64,000 nucleotides of DNA from Eledone cirrhosa (GCA_964016885.1 OZ024762.1:11780001-11844000), one strand, 5' to 3'; positions 23,171 to 38,575 are shown, counted from the first letter of the stretch. Notes: generated by a model from the letters alone, not told the origin. Translations and numbers: made by a program.

Positions 23171-26100
23171 GCTCTGGTCCACAATTATTGCCTCTCCTCC
23201 TTCTGCACATTATACCTCTACTACAATGGTCTCTGCTCCTCCCCAGCCCATAAATATGATGTTCCCTCTCTACCTCTACTACAATGGTCTCTGCTCCTCC
23301 CCAACCCTAAACATGCTGTTCCCTCTCTACCTCTACTACAGTGGTCTCTGCTTCTCCCCAGCCCCTAAATATGCCGTTCCCTCTGCCTATTCTATCTCTA
23401 CTACTGTAGTCCCTGCTCCTCAGAGGTTGCTGGTCTCCACTGAAACACTCATCAGTTATGTTGAAAGCCTCTGGTCTATATAGTCACTACATTGAAGACA
23501 TCCAACTCTGTTTTCTTCAAACCCACCATAACTTGATTCCTCTGCCGCTGTAGCTGAAACAATGGTTAGGTTTTTCACTCACCATGAATACCTTTCCATC
23601 CTGTTCTAAGTTACCCTTACCAGTGTCTGTGGAGTCCATTGCTCTACCAATCTTCCTCCTTCACACGACAATCACCTTCTGTTATTTTTCCCCTTTCAAA
23701 AAACCTACAACCATAAGAAACTCCTTGTCCACAGTTCCTGAAAAAGTTTCTGGATAAAAGAACTGGTGTAAACCTCCTTTGAGATGTAACCTTGTAGGAG
23801 GTCAGTGTATATATATATATATATGTAAGTGTAAAGAGAGCTGGATGATGATCAACGAGATTACAGGAAGGAAGAGAAGGAGTTTGAGGGGAATCTCATT
23901 GATGTCACGTGTGGCAAAGACCCTCAACAGAATCCAGCCCGAGATGTATATATATATATATATATATATATTATAAGAATTTTCTGTACTATGGCCATAT
24001 ATTGTTTCCTTTATTTAAGTGTTGTGTTTGCACCACCTTAATCCATAAACTTTGGTGTAAGCAGGATTAAGCACTCTATGTATCCAACAGTGGTATTGGA
24101 TTACTTATAACACATTGAAGTATCAGTGTATATATATAGTTTGTTTTTTTGTCCCTTTCATTTCATAAAACCAAATACCTAGTTAGCTACAACTACACTG
24201 TACTAAACACACTATATATATATACTATGTATGATGATGTCCAAGGATGATTCAAGTTGGCATTAGTTACATTCTAGAAATATCCCATATTGCTCAATGC
24301 ACACTCTGAAGGTTTCCTTTTGTCTTCCTCACATGAAACAGAACTATCAGAGTCATTCTTTTTCACCGATGAATCAAGAACATCATAAAGTTGTACATGA
24401 GTTGGCAGTGAATTTTGATTGCTCCACCAAGTCCTATGATAATGAACCTAACCACAATATCTCGCAGTTCTAGCATCACTTCTTCAAAGCCAGCCTATGA
24501 GCTTTTCAGCTGATCCTCTTTTGTAGAGAAGAATGTTTATATAAATGTAGCTTTGTGTGTCTGACTAGAGAGATTTAGTTGTGTTTATTTGACAAGGTAA
24601 GTATTTATATATAACTGTATCTATGTGTAAGTCTAGAGTAGGTTTAATTTCTTAGAAGAGGTATATATAAATGTAGCTTTATATGTTGTGTGTGTGTAGA
24701 GAGAAGATGTTTTGTTTATTAGACAAAGTAAGTATGTATATATGAATGTAACAGAAAATGCCTTCAGTTCTCTGAATTAAAATCCTGCTGAGGTCAACTT
24801 TGCCTTTCATCCATTTGAGGTTGATAAAACAAAGTACCAGTCTAGTATTGAGGTTGATTCTTCTGTTTCTCTGGAAGAAATCTGCTGTATTCAGACCTGG
24901 AGAGGAGATGGGTCTGACAGGTTTTAAAAAGTGCCCTAGAAATACTGTATGTCAATGTGTGGCCTGTATGACTCCCTTAGGAGTTGCAGGTCCATGCATG
25001 CATGTAACTCTCACAGTTTGGAAGTTCTGCATTCATCACATTGCTCCAGTACTCACAGCCGAGGAGTTAGTCCTGTGGTAGACCAGCGTACTATCCAGGG
25101 AGAGTCTTGTACTCTCAGACACTTAACACCAAGCAAACTGGTCATAAGCTGAGAACAGTCTTTATATATTATACTAAATTTTGGTCTAATCACATATCGA
25201 TGAAGGAAATCATGGTCTTAAGATGCTTATTACCAAAATAGATAATTAGTGATTGATACTAATTACTAAGATCGATGGTTTGCATTTTTTATTTTCTGTA
25301 TTAACATAAACATTACTATCTTGAAGTAAATATACTTATTGTTCTGTATATATATATATGTATTAAATACTAGTAGTTTAAACTTGTTACATATAGAAAC
25401 GGGATGAAAGTAAGGTAACACGGTCGTGAAAAAGTAATTTCTTTCTGAAAATATTTCGGAGACGAAGTATAATATTGATAATTATTCGGTAGAGATCTCA
25501 ACTCTCACCATACGAAATATATTCAGAAAGAGATATTTCTCCACGCCCTCAGTTATCTCGTCTTCATTCCGTTTCTCTATATATATATTTTTTTAATAAA
25601 TAAAATTCTAACTATAAGTATGACTAATTTACTCGGTAGAGTTGCGCTCTGTGCATGGCGCTGCACGTAACGTTTCGGACTTCGCTGTCGTACTTCGGTA
25701 TGGCATGACCATTCTATGTGTCTGAAGATCGAATCGTTGCGGCGGCAGCAGCCCGGCGTTATGCTGGCCTGCATCCCCGCCTCGCATTGATTTTTTACTA
25801 AAAAATTCGCCGAGAGTTATCGTTTGAATTACTTGCCCCTGATTGGAACTATTCTCGTTTGTTGTCATTCTTCTTTATTGAATTAAACTGTTAACATCGT
25901 TTGGATTTACTCGTGTAATTTGATAGAATCAGTCTGGATATTATACTAATGGTGAGAGGTATGTAATGTTTTATTTGCCGTATATACACTCACAGACATA
26001 CATTATTCTATATGCCTTTCATCCTTATGGGGTCGATAAAATAAAGTACCAGTAATGCACTGGATAATTGCTGGCCTTGTGCCAAAAGTAGAAACAATTA

Positions 26101-29100
26101 TTCTATATACAGAAAGATTCTAGAGACGTACATATTGTTTTATTTAAACCTAAATACACACAAAACTAGATTTATATATATATAAATGTTCTTTAGCTGA
26201 GGTAAAATACCCTCTAATTTACCTATACGAACGCTTTATTTGCCATGTATATTTTAATTCATTGCTAAACACTCGAAAATACAGTCTTAGATATATATTA
26301 ACATTCTTTAGTGATTGCATTCACCTCTATAATCCATACACTGGAAGAAAAGTTTCCTATCTAGATCAATATACACATATAAAGCTACATTTATATATAC
26401 ACCTTCATTCTTCTAAAGAGGTATGTAATGTTTTAGTTGTCCCTTAAATTCATCGATAAACACGTAGCTATTCCTGAGACACAAGAATATATTTCACTAC
26501 CCTTCATATACAGGAGGAATGTTAGAGACGTATATGTATAATATAACCATCTTTTTACTAAGAATAATAACTAAAACCCCTTCATACTCAGGAAAACTAA
26601 ACATTCTATCTACATACACCGCCTTCTGTCTTATTCATAGTGGTACATTGTTAGAAGTAACTAACTAAGCCTTCTCTCGACACTATCATTGCATATTTTA
26701 AAATCCACTTCTTTATATACTATATTTAGGTTTAATCAATACATATATTGATGATTGGAATCATGGTCTTAAGATTACCCAAATCGATACTAACTATTAC
26801 AAATACAGATCTCTCTAAGGCTATGTTACCTACATATTAATTGTTCTGAAAAGATGCATCAGTCTTCTCCTCTATGGAGCAGAAACGTGGCCCCTCACAA
26901 AGACGATTGACAGCAGTGCCCTGAGGACCATCACAGCCTTAGTCTCGTTCAACGCAGTAGCACCCGGTCGGCTCTACCCATGATGATGCCGGTCTAGTCT
27001 AACACGAATAGATGTACAAAATACTCGAATATAAGGTGACCCTCCTCCTTATCTTATGTCTGAGAAGTGGGCAAAAATGGTCAAACTATTGACTCCCTAT
27101 ATAAGTCAACCCCTTACTACATATTCCCTGGCTTCTATTCGTGTATATCCCGTTATATATGTACAAAACACTAGCAGTTCCTTAATGGCTATATATCCCG
27201 TTATATTTATATAGAAAGAGAAACGGAAAGAAAACGAGATAACACTCGGAATATGTCGTGTTATCTTGCTTTCTTTCCGTTTCTTTTTTTTTTTAAAAAA
27301 GAAGGAAAATGTTTAGCTATAAGTATGACTATTTGACTCTGTAGAATTGCGGCTTGTGCGTGGCGCTGCACGTAGCGTTTCTGGCTTCGTTGTCGTACTT
27401 CGGTATGGCATGACCACTCGATCGTGTCTGAAGTTCGAATCGTTGCGGGAACTTCAGACACGATCGAGTGGTCATGCCATACCGAAAAACTCATGCTCTC
27501 CCCCTCGCATGAGTTTTTGCCAAACAATTTGACGAGAGTTATCTCCCCTCAATTTGAATTATTTGCCCTTTGTTTACATTGAACTACTTCCGGTTTGTGG
27601 AACTCTTCTTACTTTGTTGTCATTTCTCTTCAGTGTATTGAAGCGGTAACATCATTCTATTTACTTGGATTTTACGTTCGTGTAAAGAGGTATGTAAAGT
27701 TTTATTTGCCGTATATACACACACATTATTGAGAGACAAAAGTAAGTTGCCATGTCTTTTAAAGAAACAAAACTAAATATATACACGCAGCTACCTCTTC
27801 TAACTAAACATACATGTTACCCTCCTCTATTATGAAACAAAACTAACCATGATCTAACGTGTTACAACTAAATCTTCTCTCGATACTATATACATACTTC
27901 CTCTCGATACACATTTTATCTTATACCTGAATACACACACAGATATTCTATATACAAGAAGACACTTTTTATGTATTAGCCGTAAACCATGTATAGGAAG
28001 AATCCTGGGGACATACGTACACATGAAGCTATATTCATATATAAACGGTCTCCCTTCTATCATCACAGATACTTATGAGGCGCAATATACAAACTTGTTC
28101 ATACTGGAATAATAGACATGAAACTAAACCTTCTCTAGACATATGAATATAGAAGCTAAACCATACAGTTATATTTTATATCTAACGAAGCATGGTAGCT
28201 CTATTACTCTGCCGTAAGACTCCTTACTACTACTTCTAGCATCCGCACCTGCTTGATAGCTACATCATCCATATATAAACGTTCTTCACTAGATACAAAA
28301 CTAAACCTTTATATATACACAACTAACCTATTTTATATTCCTAAGGACCAGACCTGGAGACTACTACAACCCTATCTCAAGAAGAAAGGTAAATAAATTG
28401 TGAAATAAAAGAATAAACCAGTATTTTCCTTTGTTGCCTTATTATTTACTCCCTGTATATATACACACACTAGACACCTCTTACACTGTAGGAAGACAAA
28501 AACCTTCTGTCACTGTATACTAGATTCATATTATATAAATTATTTCCTAGATACACACCTATTAGAAACAAACCATCTCTATATACAGGTAAATAACATC
28601 AATGTAGACATGTCTGTATATAAGAAACTGTATTCTATAGAATATATCTAAACCCACATTGTGTGTCTCTCTTTATATTATACATGTGTATGTAGAAACC
28701 TGGAAGTGAACATCCGACATATATAAGATAAGAGGTTTTGATCTGTACATACATATCAATACATTCTCACTAGATACTACACATACGTCTCTTAGGAAAC
28801 TACTACTATTGTTCTTCTAGTTGTGTATAAGCATCTCATAGTAGAACGTGTACATGCTTCCTAAGAAGCAAGAGAGCTAACTGTATAAATACAAAGAAAT
28901 TTAGTGTTCTTTACATACACACATATATAGAAAAACTGTAATCAATATGACACACAAAGCTTACTTCATGTCTATAATATACCTTCTTCTCTATATTGGA
29001 AGAAGTACCTCCATTATATATTGGAGTTGTGTTCAATAGAGTACAGTATGTAGAACCATATGTACGCAGTTACCCTGTTCTCTAGACAGGCATACTCACC

Positions 29101-29233
29101 ATATAAACACCTTTGTGTATATAAAGCATATCTTCATTATAGATTTAGAAGTTACACTACACAGATATAAAGACAACAACCTACATACATCTCTAGACTA
29201 CTGTATTATATAAATATAGCTAAGGAATTAAAG

Positions 29234-31775
29234 ATGTATGTATATATACATACGTATGTATATATACATACATACGTATGTATATATACATACGTATGTA
29301 TATATATACATACGTATGTATATATACATAAGCATGTATATGTATACATACGTATGTATATATATACATGCGTATGTATTTATACATACGTATGTATGTA
29401 TACGTACGTATATATACATACGTATGTATACATACATATGTATGTATGCATACGTTTGTATGTATATATATATACATGCGTATGCATACGTATGTATATA
29501 TATATACATGCGTATGTATACATACATACGTATATATACATACTTGCGTATGTATACATACATACGTATATGCATACACACGTATGTATATATATACATG
29601 CGTATGTATCTATACATGCGTATGTATATATATATATATACATGCGTATGTATTTATACATACGTCTGTATATATATATGCATACATTCGTATGTATATG
29701 CATACATACGTATGTATATATACATGCGTATGTATACATACATACGTATATATACATACATATGTATATGCATACATTTGTATGTATATATATACATGCG
29801 TATGTATACATGCATACGTATGTATATATACATACGTATGTATATATATACATACGTATGTATATGCATACATACGTACGTATATGCATACATACGTATG
29901 TATACATGCGTATGTATGTATGTATGCATACGTTTGTATGTATATATATACATGCGTATGTATACATACATACTTACGTATGTATGTATCTATACGTATG
30001 TATGTATCTATACATGCGTATGTATACATACATACGTATATGCATACACACGTATGTATATATATACATGCGTATGTATATATACATGCGTATGTATGTA
30101 TTTATACATGCGTATGTATATATATATACATGCGTATGTATTTATACATACGTATGTATGTATGCATACGTATGTATACATACATATATGCATACATTCG
30201 TATGTATATATATACATGCGTATGTATGTATATATATATACATGCGTATGTATACATACATACGTATGTATGTATATGCATACATTTGTATGTATATATA
30301 TACATGCGTATGTATACATGCATACGTATGTATATGCATACATACGTACGTATATGCATACATACGTATGTATATATATATACATGCGTATGTATGTATA
30401 CATGCGTATGTATGTATCTATACATGCGTATGTATACATACGTATGTATATGCATACACACGTATGTATGTATATATACATGCGTATGTATATATACATG
30501 CGTATGTATATATATACATGCATATGTATACATACATACGTATGTATACATACATACGTATATATACATGCATATGTATATGCATACATACGTATGTATA
30601 TATATACAAGCGTAAGTATATATATATACATACGTATGTATATGCATACATACGTATGTACATATATATACATGCGTATGTATACATACATAGGTATGCA
30701 TACATACGTACGTATGTATGTATACATACATGCGTATGTATGTATCTATACATGCGTATGTATACATACATACGTATGTATGTATCTATACATACGTATG
30801 TATATATATACATGCGTATGTATACATACATACGCATACACACGTATGTATATATATACATGCGTATGTATATATACATGCGTATGTATATGCATACATA
30901 CGTATGTATATATATATATACATACGTACGTACGTATGTATGCATACCTATGTATATGCATACACACGTATGTATATATATACATGCGTATGTATACATA
31001 CATACGTATGTATGTATCTATACATACATACGTATGTAAATATACGTATGTATATATATACATGCGTATGTATGTATATACACGTATGTATTTATACATA
31101 CGTATGTATATGCATACGTATGTATATATACATGCGTATGTATACATACATAGGTATGCATACATACGTACGTATGTATGTATTTATACATACATACGTA
31201 TGTATGTAAATATACGTATGTATATGTATACATGCGTATGTATACATACATGCGTATGTATACATACATGCGTATGTATACATACATGCGTATGTATACA
31301 TACATACGTATGTTTATATACATACGTATGTATACATACATAGGTATGCATACATACGTATGTATATATACATACATATATATACATACGTATGTATATG
31401 CATACGTATGTATATATACGTATGTATATATATATATATATATACGTATGTGTATATATACATACGTAGGTATGTATACATACCTACGTATGTATATATA
31501 TACATACGTATTTATACATACGTATGTATGCATACACACGAATGTATATACATACGTATGTATATATACGTAGGTATGTATATATACGTAGGTATGTATA
31601 TATACATAGGTATGTATACATACGTATGTATGTATACATATGTATGTATGCATACATACGTATGTATACATACATACGTATGTATGTATACATAAGTATA
31701 TACATACATACGTATGTATACAAATATGTATGTATATATATATATACGTATGTATATATACATACATATATATAG
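29234..31775. repeat. Mirror copy of the complex RY microsatellite, about 2.5 kb
   Basis: Same units and same flanks in reverse complement, about 290 bp shorter than the left copy. Confidence 0.97.
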
Positions 31776-33127
31776 CTAAGGAGTTGAACTTTTTTCTCTA
31801 GATAGAGATTAGTATGTGTATTCTATAGGATACTATTACCTTAAAACCACGTGTGTATATACACTTACTTCTATAGAATCTATACATATTAACACCCTTC
31901 TATCTCTAGGCATATGTATACAGACAGAAAGAAATGGCCTCACTATAATACTGCATTATATACACTACTTTCATGAAAGATGTTTCAAACTGAATTCATA
32001 CTTCTATTCCTATATACATACTGGGAGAGATATAGAATACAAATTTATTCTATATACAGAAGGAAATAAACTTACTAGAATACTGTATATATACACATCT
32101 TAAATGTTTATAATATGAAACTTCTTTATTAATACCTATATACTTACTGGTAAATATGAGAGAGATATAGAATATCCACATAGCCCTGTATATATAGATA
32201 TTATAACCTCTTACAGGAGATATAGAATACCTATATACACAGAAAGAAATAAACTTGCTAGGATTACTGTATTATATATATACAGTTTCCATTCTCAAAG
32301 AAACTTTTCTATAGCACCACACTTACTTCTTTCAGTAAGAAGGATGTTTCTTACTGGGATTCTATAGTGTACATACACATTAATTAATCTATTCTATATA
32401 TACACTTCTTTCAAGAAGGATGTTTCTCACTAATTACATAATAATTGAATTCTCTCGCATGTTAATACCTTTTTATCTCTAGGCATGTGTTTAACAATCC
32501 ACTAGTTATATATACACAGCTGTTAATTCCTATATATTTAATATGAATGAAAGTTAAACGATCTACATGTAAGATACTACCTGTGTATATATATAAGAAA
32601 TGAAAATGTGAAATAAAGATCAATAAATAAACTACATTTTGTTGTTGGAGTTATTTTATTTCTTGAGACGACTGTGTGTATTTACACAATCAGTTGAGCT
32701 GGCGGAGATCTTCAACATACCTGGAAAGAAGCAGAGGGTATTAATAAAAACAATCCAGATTACACAGCTCTAACACCAATACTTTTCTAGAGGCAGAAAT
32801 TAAACCTCTTTATCATGAACAGTTTAGTTTCTTAGGAGAGTGGGTTTAGGGATGTGAAATACAGTTTCTTATATGCCTCTAGATAAGGTATTACTGTATA
32901 TATGGGTTTTTTTTTATTATAGAGAAGGATAGTAAATATAAGCCTTCTAGATGTTACAGAGGAGTCTCTACATACAAAAAGTAGATTCTTTGCTGTGTAC
33001 ACACAATATCTAGTAGTAAGTTTCTATATATATATAGAAGTGTATTATATACACACATGTGTACAATATTTATATAACAAGGCAGTGTATTCTATAAAAA
33101 ACTGTATGTATGGGGAGTTTTTTTCCT

Positions 33128-34975
33128 CTATTGAGAAGGATAGTGCTGTGCTCCCGCAAAGGGTGCTCTACGCCTTGGCCGACCAGGCCCGAAACCCAGG
33201 TTAATTAGACTGTCGTTTTCAAACTCAACTGAGGCACGTTCATACCTTGTAGCCTCTGATAAAGCTAGGCGTGAAAGTCGGATTGTTTTCCGAACACGCC
33301 CTGGTCTTCCACCTGATGTCCGCCCAAAGTTGCGTGCTGCAGCTTCCCTAAACCGCAGCTCGGCAGAACATGAAAGCTTCAGCCTACGAGATGTTGGGCA
33401 GATATGGAAGTTTGTTAAGGCTGGCGAATCATGGAAAAGAGACACCAGCTGGTTTGAAAAACACTGTACCCACAACAACTGACAATAAAGAAACTGGAAA
33501 AACTCTGGGAAACTAAATCAGAACAACCTGCCATGCCCTGCACATAATCATAGACTGGAATCAAGGTACAAATTGTTGTCCTTGAATGCACATAGTCTAT
33601 GCAATAAGATTCATCTTTTTGACTCCTACGTCAAAAGTATCAACCCGGACTTCATTACAGTCACGGAAACTTGAGCACATCCCTTATCCGGCCCTCGCAA
33701 TTTGGATTTATCCCCAACTCCAGCTGCTGTGATCAACTTATAGAGTTTCTTGAGGACATCACCCGGATCACTGATGGCGGCTCATGAGTGGATGTTGTTT
33801 ACCTTGACTTTGCGAAGGCCTTCAATTCTGTGCCACACAAAAGGCTTATGGCAAAACTCTTTGCAATGGGTGTGAAGGATGATCTTTTTAACTGGTTGAA
33901 GTCCTTCATTCTCAGTCGAAGAGAGGTAGTCACGGTTCTGGGACAGCATTCATCACCATATGAGATGTCATCTGGTGTACCACAGGGATCTGTTGTTGGC
34001 CCCCTTTTGTTTGTGGCATATATTAATGACATAGATGCCAACTTAAGGAATGCCACAGTACTAAAGTACGCAGACGACATCAAGCTGTACCTTGAGATAA
34101 AAAGGACAGATCCTGAACACTATAGATCTTGCTTGCAGTCTGACCTGGACACAATACAACAATGGATCTCAGACTGGCAACTCAAGCTAGCTGTGGACAA
34201 GTGCACCACCATGCATTTTGGGAGTAAAAACCCAGCGTCCACATACTCCCTCCACAGCACTAATATCAAGAAGTCTTCCTGTGAACGTGACCTGGGCATT
34301 ACGGTCAGCAGCGATTTGCGTTGGACGAGGCACGTCTCTAAAATTGTCAAGAGGGCCGAGGGTGTCTTAGCATCACTCAGCAAGACCTTTGTCAGCCGCT
34401 CTCCAGATATCTATTTAAGGCTGTATACAGCTATGGTGCGACCACACTTAGAATTTGCATCACCAGTCTGGAACCCCTATCTTGCTCAGGACATTGACCG
34501 CCTGGAAACTGTTCAGAGACGTGCAACCAAGCGAATACCCTCCATAAGGCATCTGCCATACTCTGAGCGCCTTGCTTCCCTGGGCTTGGATTCATTGAAG
34601 CTCCGACGCCTGGCAACTGACTTGGTAAACACCCACAAAATTGTTAACCATGTTGCCAACAACAACCCTGAGTACCTTTTTGATTTCCATGTGTCTAACA
34701 CACGTGGACATGCCCACAAAGTAAGAAAACAGCACAGTTCCAATGACTTTCGGAAACATTTTTTCACGCTCAGAGTTGCTGAAGCAGGGAAAAAACTACC
34801 TGCATCAGTTGTTAGCTGTCGAGACACTGCATCCTTTAAGGCCTCCATGCTTCCAGAGATCCGCTAACACATACACACATGTACTTCCCTGACATTTGTG
34901 TATTATTCTATGTACTATATTGACGAGTTGTAGTGCACCTGAGCACTTTACACAATAATTTCATTATTATTATAA
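33128..34975 (+). mobile_element. CR1/L2-group LINE, 5'-truncated and internally deleted (right-arm copy)
   Basis: Mirror of 4928-6775. RT ORF at 33788-34867, ending in an attattattat tail. Confidence 0.9.
33788..34867 (+). pseudogene. LINE ORF2 reverse transcriptase remnant
   Basis: 359-aa ORF with YLDFAKAF, SGVPQGS and KYADD motifs. Confidence 0.85.
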
Positions 34976-36111
34976 TGTCTTCTACATACAAAAAATAGAT
35001 GCCTTGATAAAATATCCAGAGTTTTATGTAAGTATCCTCGGGAAAAGTAGTAGAGAAGAGGGTTTTAACTTTGCCTTGTGTGTATGTAGATGCTGCATAT
35101 ATACGATACTTCGAAGTAAGTGTGTTTATATATAGAGAGAGGGTCTGTATTCTATATACTACAGTTTCTTATATAGCTCCGGATACTGTGTATAATGAGG
35201 AGATATACCTTTCTTCTAAGTAAGTATATACAGAGAAGGTGTAATAGAGATACGATTATAATATAAATATATAGTTGATATGATGTGTGCAAGAGAGAAT
35301 GGTGAGTTGGAGTAAAGGTGGTGATGCCGAGGTAACTCGACGTAGAAATTACGATGGTATAAGGTATAGAGAGGAAAGTAACATGTATGTTTAGTTAGAA
35401 GAGGTAGCTGCGTGTATATATTATTTGTTTTGTTTCTCGGAAGGAGGTTTAGTTCTGTGAAGAGTGTTTAGAATAAATTTAAAAGACATAGCAACTAAAA
35501 CACTACAAGAATGTATTTATATTGAAGAATTAAATGTATGTATATTTCCAAGATAGTGAAATGTATTTTTGTGTCTCAATAATATTCGTGAGTGTGAATA
35601 AAACTTTACAAACCTCTTTACACGAACGTAAAATCCAAACCGGTATCGTTAATAGTCCCAGAGTAAGTAGAATGATGTTACCGCTTCAATACACTGAAAA
35701 GAAATGACAACAAAGTAAGAAGAGTTCCACAAACCGGAAGTAGTTCAATGTAAACAAAGGGCAAATAATTCAAATTAAGGGGAGACAACTCTCGTCAAAT
35801 TGTTTGGCAAAAACTCATGCGAGGGGGAGAGCAGGCCAGCATAAAGCCAGCCTGCTGTGGTCCCGGCCGACCCCCGCAACGATTCGAACTTCAGACACGA
35901 TCGAGTGGTCATGCCATACCGAAGTACGACAGCGAAGCCAGAAACGCTACGTGCAGCGCCACGCACAAGCCGCAATTCTACAGAGTCAAATAGGCATACT
36001 TATAGCTAAACATTTTCCTTCTTTTTAAAAAAAAAGAAACGGAAAGAAAGCGAGATAACACGACATATTCCGAGTGTTATCTCGCTTTCTTTCCGTTTCT
36101 CTATATATATA

Positions 36112-36640
36112 TAACGGGATATATAACCATTGAGGAACTGCTAGTATTTTGTACATATATATAACAGGGTATATAGCCATTGAGGAACTACTAGTATTTT
36201 GTATATATATAACAGAGTATATAGCCATTGAGGAACTACTAGTATTTTGTATATATATAACAGGGTATATAGCCATTGAGGAACTACTAGTATTTTGTAT
36301 ATATATAACAGAGTATATAGCCATTGAGGAACTACTAGTATTTTGTATATATATAACAGGGTATATAGCTATTAAGGAACTACTAGTATTTTGTATATAT
36401 ATAACAGGGTATATAGCCATTGAGGAACTACTAGTATTTTGTATATATATAACAGGGTATATAGCCATTGACTAACTGCTAGTATATTGTACATATATTA
36501 CAGGGTATGTAGACATTGAGGAACTGTTAGTATTTCATACATATATAGCCATTGAGGAACTACTAGTATTTTGTACATATATAACAGGATATATAGTCGT
36601 TAAGGGACTACTAGTATATTGTACATATATAACAGGATAT
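36112..36640 (-). repeat. 48-bp minisatellite at the outer end of the right arm
   Basis: Reverse complement of the 3165-3790 unit, with a different copy number and different variants. Confidence 0.9.
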
Positions 36641-38249
36641 ACACGAATAGAAGATGGGGATTGTGTAACCCCCCAAAATCGATAGTAGAAGGGGGTTGAC
36701 TTATATACGGAGTCAATAGCTTGACGATTTTCACCAACTTCAAATTCTTCGTAAATAAGGTTTCTCAGACACAAGATCGGGATGATGGTTACCTTATATT
36801 TGAGTATTTTGTACATTTATTCTTTTTCTTGCTCGACGAGGCCAGCATCGTCATGAGACGACCAGGTGTGGCTGATGCGTGCACTTGTGGACCCATCTGA
36901 TGTTCTTGATGGTCCTCAGGGCTCTGCTGTCGATCGTCTTTGTGAGGGGCCACGTTTCTGCTACATGGAGAGGACCAATGCATCTATTCAGAACAATTAA
37001 TATGTAGATAAATATACTTACTTCAATATGGTAACATAACCTTAGGCAGATCTGTATATGGAAAACAATTTTGGTAATCTTAAGACCATGATTCCAATCA
37101 TCGATATATGTATTGATTAAACCTAAATTTAGTATATAAATAAGTTAAAGTCTGTTCTAAGTTTCTCACCAGTTTCCTTGGAGTTAAGTGTCAGAGTAGA
37201 AGACTCCCTGGTTAGGACACTGGTCTATCGTAGGATTAACTCCTCAGCTGAGTGTACTGGAGCTATGTGAAATATTTTCCAAGCTGTGAGAGTTACATGT
37301 ATGTATGGACCCATAACTCCTCAGGAAGTCATCGAGGCAATGCATTGACCTAGTGTTTCTAGGGCTCTTTTGAAAACCTGGCAGAGATACAGTCCTGCCA
37401 CCACAACAAAAACCACATAGGCCACCCTATAAGGTGGTTGTGCTGATAACAATAAAAGGCTATAAGGTGAAACCCAGTGGCACAGCAAAACATCTTAGGG
37501 TGAATTGAACTCTGTAACCTTAATATTTCACCAACTGTGGAGGAGGGTGGTTTTGGTGTGTCAGGTAGGCTTGCTTACCAAGAGTGGCAGATGGTCAATC
37601 AACTGGTAGAGAAGGACTAAAGTTCACAGGGGAATGAACAGCAGCAATGAAAACATCATATCTGTTCCCCTGTCTTTAGCCTGGATTGATTCAAAAATGT
37701 AACCTTGCATAAGATGATGTCTGGTGTTGTAGCATGATCAAACCATCATGTAACTATGAGTACCATTGAAATATATATTACAGATTTATGAATAAAGGAT
37801 TTTTAAACATCTTCACTGAACTTCATAATTATCCTTATTGTATATATATACTCCATCATGAAGCAATAAATGATATTTGCAAGAAAACACATGATGTTGA
37901 GCACTTTAATCTAATTACATCATTATTCACTAATTGGTGTGTTGTATATGCAACCCTCATTAGTCAACATGTTTACCATAAGTATATATGTATATATAGG
38001 CTCCCAATGGCTTATATGCACCACCCCTTTTCCTCTAATCTGCTCTCCCTACCACCCTCTCTTATCCACACACAGATACAACATTGATGCACCACACTTA
38101 GATACATTAAACATACAACAAAACTTGAACACACATTTCTCACTTAACGTTGTATAGTGTAGTTGCTACGACATCATTTTACATACTCTTTTCCCTACTT
38201 GCAAGGATGGGACTTTTAAGTTGCTCGTAAAAGTGGTCCTTCTCTTCTT

Positions 38250-38575
38250 TACCTAGGCCCACTTAGGAAAACATAGGTAGAGATAATTGTCAGCAGCCTA
38301 TTGCCTACAACTAATCTTATCTCAATTATTCTATTACTTACTCTAACTACCTCTATTGTCTTGTTGATCCACTTCTCGGACAGTAAAATGCCTACCCATC
38401 ATTGTTTCCTACACAGAAAAGCTTATAGCTAAGCTGCTTGTCTGTGATTAGTCTTGCTGAGGCACCTCTCCATCTCATCTCTTGCACACATCCACATGTC
38501 TTCTCGCTAACATTTCTATTATCTCACCAGATCTATCTCTCAGAGTGCCAACATTAAGTGTAGAAGCCCTGAAAT
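38250..38575 (-). mobile_element. RTE-clade LINE apurinic endonuclease fragment
   Basis: FRASTLNVGTL...EMLARRHVDVC..QEMRWRG...GILLSEKW...VVRVSNRIIEIRL, with frameshifts. Confidence 0.7.

Larger units (their letters stand above)
20461..36660 (-). repeat. Right arm of giant inverted repeat (palindrome)
   Basis: Reverse complement of 3146-19987, for example RT ORF 4970-6115(-) vs 33788-34867(+) and 12125-12337(+) vs 27854-28066(-). Confidence 0.97.
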
